Below the pieces are notes generated by a model. The model was given only the letters and a program-made list of their open reading frames with translations. It had not been told where the DNA came from and ran no database searches. Positions 1 to 6,910 of a DNA stretch of 64,000 nt are shown here, one piece after another. The DNA lies in the NCBI GenBank assembly GCA_963737265.1, contig CAVTRY010000019.1, forward strand, positions 1 through 64,000, read 5' to 3'. Positions within the stretch are counted from its first letter, which is position 1, and each line of letters starts with the position of its first letter. The translations under genes and the position numbers were made by a program. This DNA comes from an uncultured delta proteobacterium. GTDB lineage: Bacteria; Myxococcota_A; Polyangia; Fen-1088.

Positions 1-248
1 GCTCACCGCCTGGCCAAGGCCATGCTTCCCGACCATAGTCAGCAGGACTACACCTACGACCGCGCGGGCAATCTGCTCAAGGGCCCCGGGCTAGAGGCCA
101 GGATGCAGGCAGGGAATCGCCTGCTCGATGCCAACGAGGACCGGTTCACCTACAACGACCGCGACCATGTGGCCACACGCGAGGGGAGGAACGGCAAGGT
201 CACCTACACCTATGATTCGCGAGATATGCTGGTCGCCATTGATGGACC
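1..248 (+). pseudogene. RHS/YD-repeat protein, open at window edge and truncated by IS21 left end
   Basis: Frame 1 reads AHRLAKAMLPDHSQQDYTYDRAGNLL...FTYNDRDHV...YTYDSRDMLVAIDGP, with YD-repeat motifs; IS21 end TGCTGAGCG starts at 249. Confidence 0.8.
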
Positions 249-410
249 TGCTGAGCGACAATTACATCTCCCCAAAGACGACAGCTACGTCGCCCCGCTT
301 TGAGGCGCGACGGTGACCGTGAGGTAGACCTCCAAGCCCGCAAGCGGGCAGGAGCACCTTTGAAGCCGGTACCGACGCCCAAGTGAGGCGTTTGATGGAA
401 GAGATGAGCA
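249..410 (+). mobile_element. Partial extra copy of IS21 left end and first istA codons
   Basis: Matches 2912-3075 except two single-base deletions (ggagcacc vs ggaggcacc; ccggtacc vs ccggtcacc). Confidence 0.85.
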
Positions 411-530
411 GGAAAGAGGGCTGAGCGACAATTACATCTCCCCAAAGACGACAGCTACGTCGCCCCGCTTTGAGGCGCGACGGTGACCGTGAGGTAGACC
501 TCCAAGCCCGCAAGCGGGCAGGAGGCACCT

Positions 531-2030
531 TTGAAGCCGGTCACCGACGCCCAAGTGAGGCGTTTGATGGAAGAGATGAGCAAGATTGGAAAAGTAGGCC
601 AGGCCGCCATGAAGGCGGGCATGGACCGGAAGACAGGGCGGCGATACATCGCCGCGGGCAAGCTACCGTCGGAGCTACGGCAGCCGCGGTGGTGGCGGAC
701 GCGCCCTGACGCGTTCGCCGAGGACTGGCCAGCCGTGGCCAAGTTGCTGGAGGAAACGCCTGGGCTGGAGGCTCAGACGGTGCTGGAGCTGCTGGAGGCG
801 AAGCAGCCAGGGCGGTACAACGAGAGCCATCTTCGGACAATGCAGCGGCGAATCCGTCGCTGGCGGGCCGAGCATGGTCCTGCGCGTGAGATTTGGTTCA
901 CGCAGGCGCATCGGCCCGGTGAAGCCGCGCAAACCGACTTCACGTCGACGGCGGAGCTTGGTGTGACGATCGTGGGCCAGCTATTTGTGCACCTTTTGTG
1001 CGTGACGGTGCTGCCGTACTCGAACTGGCAATGGGCGACCGCGTGTCTGTCGGAGTCTCTGGCAGCGCTTCGGCGAGGGATCCAGTCGGCGCTGTTCCAG
1101 CTTGGGCGGGTGCCGCGATACCACCAAACCGACCACTCGACGGCGGCGACACATCAGATCGCTCGCGATGCGGAAGATCGCACTTTCAACGATGAATACA
1201 AGGCGGTCATGCGGCACCTCGGAATGGAGCCACGAACTACAGCCGTCGGGGCCAAGGAACAAAACGGCGATGTGGAGGCCAGCAACGGCGCGCTCAAGCG
1301 TCGGCTTGAACAAGCGTTGCTGGTGCGTGGCAGCCGCGACTTCGCGGACCAAGACGACTACGAACGCTTCGTAGCCAAGGTGGTCCGCAAAGCCAACGCT
1401 TCGCGAGGCCCGCGCGTCGCCGAGGAGATCGAAGCCATGCGGCCGCTGGTGGTGGAGCGTTTGCCGGAGTACGCAGAAATGACGGCACCTGTGGCGTCGA
1501 CGAGCACCATCCGGGTCAAGTCGTGCGCCTACTCGGTGCCGTCGAGGCTGATCGGCGCACGGGTGAGAGTCCGCGTGTTCGAGCACCGAATCGAGGTGTA
1601 CTACGCCGACAACTTGGAATTGGCCTGCGACAGGCTGCGAGGCAAGACCGCGCGCATCGACTACCGGCACGTCATCTGGTCTTTGGTGCGCAAGCCGGGC
1701 GCGTTTTCTCGCTACGTCTACCGAGAAGAGCTGTTTCCAAGCGTGACTTTCAGGCGGGCATACGACGCGATCCAGGCGACCAAGCCTGGAATCAAAGGCG
1801 ACGTTGAATACCTGCGCATTCTTCACCTGGCCGCCAGCACGATGGAAGCCGATGTCGAGCAAGCGCTCACGACTCTGCTTGCCGATGGGACCATCTTGAC
1901 GGCGGATGCAACCAAGAAGAGATGCACACAGGCGACGGACAGTACCTATCCACCGAGCGTCCCCGCGCTCGAAGCACCGCTGGTCGATCTCGCGTCCTAC
2001 GACCTGCTCCTCGAACAGGTGGCATCATGA
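531..2030 (+). CDS. istA: IS21 transposase IstA
   Basis: 499 aa; N-terminal HTH (GMDRKTGRRY), PGEAAQTDF, TDH, EQNGDVE DDE core, YSVPSRLIG; TTG start after GGAGG. Confidence 0.95.
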   Translation: MKPVTDAQVRRLMEEMSKIGKVGQAAMKAGMDRKTGRRYIAAGKLPSELRQPRWWRTRPDAFAEDWPAVAKLLEETPGLEAQTVLELLEAKQPGRYNESHLRTMQRRIRRWRAEHGPAREIWFTQAHRPGEAAQTDFTSTAELGVTIVGQLFVHLLCVTVLPYSNWQWATACLSESLAALRRGIQSALFQLGRVPRYHQTDHSTAATHQIARDAEDRTFNDEYKAVMRHLGMEPRTTAVGAKEQNGDVEASNGALKRRLEQALLVRGSRDFADQDDYERFVAKVVRKANASRGPRVAEEIEAMRPLVVERLPEYAEMTAPVASTSTIRVKSCAYSVPSRLIGARVRVRVFEHRIEVYYADNLELACDRLRGKTARIDYRHVIWSLVRKPGAFSRYVYREELFPSVTFRRAYDAIQATKPGIKGDVEYLRILHLAASTMEADVEQALTTLLADGTILTADATKKRCTQATDSTYPPSVPALEAPLVDLASYDLLLEQVAS

Positions 2031-2875
2031 CCAACGTCTCCGTAGACACGGTCAAGCCGAGCGCGCTCAACGCTCTGCTGGTGCTTCTGCGCGCGCTCAA
2101 GCTGCCTGCCTTCACCCGGCACGCCGAGGAGATCGCGATCAAGGCCAGCCGCGAGGGGTGGACCTTCAGCCAATACCTCCAGCACCTGGCCGAACTGGAA
2201 ATCGAAGAGCGCCGAACCCGTCGCATCGATCGCGCGCTTCGCGATTCGGACCTTCCCACGGAGAAAACCCTGGCCACCCTGGAACGTGGTCGGCTGTCAC
2301 CCAAGGTGATGAAGCAGATGGCGAGCCTGTGTGAGGGTGGCTTTGTCGAACGTGGGGAGAACCTGCTCGTCTTCGGACTGCCCGGCCGAGGCAAAAGTCA
2401 CGTTGTGGCTGCCATCGGCCACGAACTCATCCGGCGCGGCTACCGGGTCCTCTTCACGCCGACCTTCGCGCTTGTCCAGAGGCTGCTGGCCGCCAAGCGC
2501 GACCTTCGCCTGGAACGAGAACTGGCCGCGCTCAACATCTATCACGCCGTGATCCTCGACGACATCGGCTACGTCCAGCAGAGCCGCGATGAAATGGAGG
2601 TCCTTTTCACCTTCCTGGCCGAGCGGTACGAACGCAAGAGCGTCCTCATCACCAGCAACCTGGTCTTCAGCGATTGGATCCGCATTTTCAAGGATCCCAT
2701 GACCACCGCCGCCGCCATCGACCGACTGGTCCACCACGCGGTCATCCTTGAGATGACCGGCCCCAGCTACCGCAGCGAAGAAGCACGAAAGAGAGGCGTC
2801 ACCACCCCAGCGACAACTACGACAACTACCGATCAACCAACGACAACTACCCCCGACAACAATGGGGCGATGTAA
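2027..2875 (+). CDS. istB: IS21 helper ATPase IstB
   Basis: Walker A GLPGRGKS, Walker B VILDDIGY, ITSN, AAIDRLVHH; ATGA overlap with istA stop. Confidence 0.95.
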   Translation: MTNVSVDTVKPSALNALLVLLRALKLPAFTRHAEEIAIKASREGWTFSQYLQHLAELEIEERRTRRIDRALRDSDLPTEKTLATLERGRLSPKVMKQMASLCEGGFVERGENLLVFGLPGRGKSHVVAAIGHELIRRGYRVLFTPTFALVQRLLAAKRDLRLERELAALNIYHAVILDDIGYVQQSRDEMEVLFTFLAERYERKSVLITSNLVFSDWIRIFKDPMTTAAAIDRLVHHAVILEMTGPSYRSEEARKRGVTTPATTTTTTDQPTTTTPDNNGAM

Positions 2876-3023
2876 TTGACGTCACCGGGTGAATGTAGTT
2901 GACGTCCAGCATGCTGAGCGACAATTACATCTCCCCAAAGACGACAGCTACGTCGCCCCGCTTTGAGGCGCGACGGTGACCGTGAGGTAGACCTCCAAGC
3001 CCGCAAGCGGGCAGGAGGCACCT

Positions 3024-4523
3024 TTGAAGCCGGTCACCGACGCCCAAGTGAGGCGTTTGATGGAAGAGATGAGCAAGATTGGAAAAGTAGGCCAGGCCGC
3101 CATGAAGGCGGGCATGGACCGGAAGACAGGGCGGCGATACATCGCCGCGGGCAAGCTACCGTCGGAGCTACGGCAGCCGCGGTGGTGGCGGACGCGCCCT
3201 GACGCGTTCGCCGAGGACTGGCCAGCCGTGGCCAAGTTGCTGGAGGAAACGCCTGGGCTGGAGGCTCAGACGGTGCTGGAGCTGCTGGAGGCGAAGCAGC
3301 CAGGGCGGTACAACGAGAGCCATCTTCGGACAATGCAGCGGCGAATCCGTCGCTGGCGGGCCGAGCATGGTCCTGCGCGTGAGATTTGGTTCACGCAGGC
3401 GCATCGGCCCGGTGAAGCCGCGCAAACCGACTTCACGTCGACGGCGGAGCTTGGTGTGACGATCGTGGGCCAGCTATTTGCGCACCTTTTGTGCGTGACG
3501 GTGCTGCCGTACTCGAACTGGCAATGGGCGACCGCGTGTCTGTCGGAGTCTCTGGCAGCGCTTCGGCGAGGGATCCAGTCGGCGCTGTTCCAGCTTGGGC
3601 GGGTGCCGCGATACCACCAAACCGACCACTCGACGGCGGCGACACATCAGATCGCTCGCGATGCGGAAGATCGCACTTTCAACGATGAATACAAGGCGGT
3701 CATGCGGCACCTCGGAATGGAGGCACGAACTACAGCCGTCGGGGCCAAGGAACAAAACGGCGATGTGGAGGCCAGCAACGGCGCGCTCAAGCGTCGGCTT
3801 GAACAAGCGTTGCTGGTGCGTGGCAGCCGCGACTTCGCGGACCAAGACGACTACGAACGCTTCGTAGCCAAGGTGGTCCGCAAAGCCAACGCTTCGCGAG
3901 GCCCGCGCGTCGCCGAGGAGATCGAAGCCATGCGGCCGCTGGTGGTGGAGCGTTTGCCGGAGTACGCAGAAATGACGGCACCTGTGGCGTCGACGAGCAC
4001 CATCCGGGTCAAGTCGTGCGCCTACTCGGTGCCGTCGAGGCTGATCGGCGCACGGGTGAGAGTCCGCGTGTTCGAGCACCGAATCGAGGTGTACTACGCC
4101 GACAACTTGGAATTGGCCTGCGACAGGCTGCGAGGCAAGACCGCGCGCATCGACTACCGGCACGTCATCTGGTCTTTGGTGCGCAAGCCGGGCGCGTTTT
4201 CTCGCTACGTCTACCGAGAAGAGCTGTTTCCAAGCGTGACTTTCAGGCGGGCATACGACGCGATCCAGGCGACCAAGCCTGGAATCAAAGGCGACGTTGA
4301 ATACCTGCGCATTCTTCACCTGGCCGCCAGCACGATGGAAGCCGATGTCGAGCAAGCGCTCACGACTCTGCTTGCCGATGGGACCATCTTGACGGCGGAT
4401 GCAACCAAGAAGAGATGCACACAGGCGACGGACAGTACCTATCCACCGAGCGTCCCCGCGCTCGAAGCACCGCTGGTCGATCTCGCGTCCTACGACCTGC
4501 TCCTCGAACAGGTGGCATCATGA
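3024..4523 (+). CDS. istA: IS21 transposase IstA
   Basis: Near-identical to 531-2030. Confidence 0.95.
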   Translation: MKPVTDAQVRRLMEEMSKIGKVGQAAMKAGMDRKTGRRYIAAGKLPSELRQPRWWRTRPDAFAEDWPAVAKLLEETPGLEAQTVLELLEAKQPGRYNESHLRTMQRRIRRWRAEHGPAREIWFTQAHRPGEAAQTDFTSTAELGVTIVGQLFAHLLCVTVLPYSNWQWATACLSESLAALRRGIQSALFQLGRVPRYHQTDHSTAATHQIARDAEDRTFNDEYKAVMRHLGMEARTTAVGAKEQNGDVEASNGALKRRLEQALLVRGSRDFADQDDYERFVAKVVRKANASRGPRVAEEIEAMRPLVVERLPEYAEMTAPVASTSTIRVKSCAYSVPSRLIGARVRVRVFEHRIEVYYADNLELACDRLRGKTARIDYRHVIWSLVRKPGAFSRYVYREELFPSVTFRRAYDAIQATKPGIKGDVEYLRILHLAASTMEADVEQALTTLLADGTILTADATKKRCTQATDSTYPPSVPALEAPLVDLASYDLLLEQVAS

Positions 4524-5368
4524 CCAACGTCTCCGTAGACACGGTCAAGCCGAGCGCGCTCAACGCTCTGCTGGTGCTTCTGCGCGCGCTCAAGCTGCCT
4601 GCCTTCACCCGGCACGCCGAGGAGATCGCGATCAAGGCCAGCCGCGAGGGGTGGACCTTCAGCCAATACCTCCAGCACCTGGCCGAACTGGAAATCGAAG
4701 AGCGCCGAACCCGTCGCATCGATCGCGCGCTTCGCGATTCGGACCTTCCCACGGAGAAAACCCTGGCCACCCTGGAACGTGGTCGGCTGTCACCCAAGGT
4801 GATGAAGCAGATGGCGAGCCTGTGTGAGGGTGGCTTTGTCGAACGTGGGGAGAACCTGCTCGTCTTCGGACTGCCCGGCCGAGGCAAAAGTCACGTTGTG
4901 GCTGCCATCGGCCACGAACTCATCCGGCGCGGCTACCGGGTCCTCTTCACGCCGACCTTCGCGCTTGTCCAGAGGCTGCTGGCCGCCAAGCGCGACCTTC
5001 GCCTGGAACGAGAACTGGCCGCGCTCGACATCTATCACGCCGTGATCCTCGACGACATCGGCTACGTCCAGCAGAGCCGCGATGAAATGGAGGTCCTTTT
5101 CACCTTCCTGGCCGAGCGGTACGAACGCAAGAGCGTCCTCATCACCAGCAACCTGGTCTTCAGCGATTGGATCCGCATTTTCAAGGATCCCATGACCACC
5201 GCCGCCGCCATCGACCGACTGGTCCACCACGCGGTCATCCTTGAGATGACCGGCCCCAGCTACCGCAGCGAAGAAGCACGAAAGAGAGGCGTCACCACCC
5301 CAGCGACAACTACGACAACTACCGATCAACCAACGACAACTACCCCCGACAACAATGGGGCGATGTAA
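4520..5368 (+). CDS. istB: IS21 helper ATPase IstB
   Basis: Near-identical to 2027-2875. Confidence 0.95.
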   Translation: MTNVSVDTVKPSALNALLVLLRALKLPAFTRHAEEIAIKASREGWTFSQYLQHLAELEIEERRTRRIDRALRDSDLPTEKTLATLERGRLSPKVMKQMASLCEGGFVERGENLLVFGLPGRGKSHVVAAIGHELIRRGYRVLFTPTFALVQRLLAAKRDLRLERELAALDIYHAVILDDIGYVQQSRDEMEVLFTFLAERYERKSVLITSNLVFSDWIRIFKDPMTTAAAIDRLVHHAVILEMTGPSYRSEEARKRGVTTPATTTTTTDQPTTTTPDNNGAM

Positions 5369-5416
5369 TTGACGTCACCGGGTGAATGTAGTTGACGTCC
5401 AGCAAACTGACGATGT

Positions 5417-5479
5417 GTCCCTACGGGACTAGGGCCTACCCACCCAACCCCTGCCCCACGCGGCTTCGCCGCGCCCGTC
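5417..5479 (-). repeat. Hairpin/G-tract mini-element, copy 1 (63 bp)
   Basis: Minus strand GACGGG-CGCGGC GAA GCCGCG-TGGGGCAGGGGTTGGGTGGGTAGGCCCTA-GTCCC GTA GGGAC. Confidence 0.9.
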
Positions 5480-5711
5480 GCCGTCGGACCAAGGCCGCTT
5501 GAACTCCAGCCTCACGTGACCGTCGTCGAGGATCTTGAGGCGGTCGTTGGCCAGCGGCGGGCGCAAGATGTACTTGCACAGGTTCTCGCGACCCTTCTTG
5601 TCGTTGGCGGCGACCTTGGTCTGCGCATGCAGGTTAAACCCGGCTTGCTGGCCGTATAGCTTGCCCTTGGCCACGGGAGTGGCGTCTGGGTCGAGCACGA
5701 TACGCACGGGC

Positions 5712-5761
5712 GACGGGCGCGGCGAAGCCGCGTGGGGCAGGGGTTGGGCGGGCAGGCCCTA
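5712..5761 (+). repeat. Hairpin/G-tract mini-element, copy 2 (50 bp, opposite orientation, lacks second hairpin)
   Basis: GACGGGCGCGGCGAAGCCGCGTGGGGCAGGGGTTGGGCGGGCAGGCCCTA. Confidence 0.9.
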
Positions 5762-5880
5762 GCGCGCTTGTGCGCAGGGCCGGCGGGAGCGGCGCCCGCG
5801 GTGGCGGCGGCCAACAAGCGGGCCAGGAGCGGATCTTTGTCGCCCATGGTTTCGTCGGTGACGACGGTGAGCTCACCGTC

Positions 5881-5947
5881 TCCCCCTTCGGGGACTTCGG
5901 GACCTACCCCTCCACCTACCCGCCCCACGCGCTTCGCGCGTGCCCTC
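5881..5947 (-). repeat. Hairpin/G-tract mini-element, copy 3 (67 bp, divergent)
   Basis: Minus strand GAGGG-CACGCGC GAA GCGCGTG-GGGCGGGTAGGTGGAGGGGTAGGTCCCGAAGT-CCCC GAA GGGG-GA. Confidence 0.8.
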
Positions 5948-6186
5948 GCCTGGCGCGGTAACGAGGGTGATGACACCGACAGTGTGCAGCTGATTCTAGG
6001 GAGCGTGGGCGAGTCCAAGCCAGGAAGCGACCCAGGTCGACCCACGCTTCGAGAACGGGATAGTTCGCCCAAACATTGGGGCCCCCACCAGGGAAGAACT
6101 TTGCGAATCCGCATGATTGGATACGCCGCGCAGGGGAAGGCGGCGGCGTCATCCTGCCCTTCCGCAACGGCGAGCGCCAGATACAC

Positions 6187-6418
6187 GCAGGGCCACCTGG
6201 TTCGCGAGAAACTGGAACAGGCCCGGACAGAGAAATTCTTGCGACCCTTCATGCGACTCGTGGGAACGGTGAAGGGGCCCAAGGATCTGTCATCGCACAA
6301 AGGCTTTTCGTGGTCGTGAAGGGGATCGCCGACACGGGATTCCTGGTCGCGTTCGCTAACCGGGAAGATCGCTACCACAAATGGGCGGTCGGGGTAGCCG
6401 AACAGGTCAGTGAACCCC
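6187..6418 (+). pseudogene. VapBC-like TA relic: antitoxin C-terminus plus PIN toxin N-terminus
   Basis: QGHLVREKLEQAR..PFMRLVGTVKGPKDLSSHKGFSWS* overlaps by GTGA (6316-6319) with VKGIADTGFLVAFANREDRYHKWAV, a PIN-type DT motif; truncated after about 34 codons. Confidence 0.7.
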
Positions 6419-6910
6419 AGAAGGGCCGGCCCGCGGATCGCGGCTGGCGGCTCGCGAGAGCGTGAGCGAGTTCGTGGGCGGTGTGCGGGAGGCGGAAAGC
6501 GTAGGGCGAGAGTGTGAGCGCTCCGCGGGCGGCGGGACGCGCACGCTCACCTAAGCCGCGCACGCGAGCCGCGACACGCGGGCGCTCACGCTACCGCGAC
6601 CGCTCACTCTGGCCGATCTGGGCTGCCGGTCTCCCATGTGGGCCCACCGGGTGAGCATGGCGCACAAGCGGTCGAGCAGCGCCAATAGCGTCAGGATCTC
6701 GGCCTCGGGAGCGAGGCCCAGTACGAGGACGCCCTCCAGTGCCGGATCCGCCCCCACCCTCGACTGCGAAGAGCACCACGCGAGAAGGCTCGGACGCTTC
6801 GATCACGGTAACGTCGAAGGTTTCCGCACCATCCTTCAGCGAGTCCTTGGGGAAATGCACCATCGACACGACTCGACGAGGGTAGCGAACCTCTGAGAAC
6901 CCTCTGAGAA

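Larger units (their letters stand above)
420..2911 (+). mobile_element. IS21-family element, copy A (terminal T of left end replaced by G)
   Basis: istA+istB; left end (T)GCTGAGCGACAATTACATC.. and right end ..GAATGTAGTTGACGTCCAGCA are imperfect inverted repeats, each with two internal sub-repeats. Confidence 0.95.
2912..5404 (+). mobile_element. IS21-family element, copy B (2493 bp, TG...CA)
   Basis: Direct repeat of copy A at offset 2493, with three internal substitutions seen (988/3481, 1230/3723, 2534/5027). Confidence 0.95.
5405..5977 (-). pseudogene. IS91-family (Y2, rolling-circle) transposase fragment interrupted by three mini-insertions and cut by IS21
   Basis: GFNLHA...RENLCKYILRPPLANDRL...LEFKRPWSDG motif; frame is continuous after removing 5417-5479, 5712-5761 and 5881-5947. 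Confidence 0.88.

Noticed and set aside
5417-5947. Mini-elements as a CRISPR array or as RNA introns
   Set aside because: Spacing is irregular, orientation is mixed, no cas genes are present and the intervening DNA is continuous transposase. The inverted copy argues against RNA splicing.
5512-6378. 288-aa and 195-aa ORFs across the IS91/TA relics
   Set aside because: Chance read-through of fragments and inserts; not coherent proteins.
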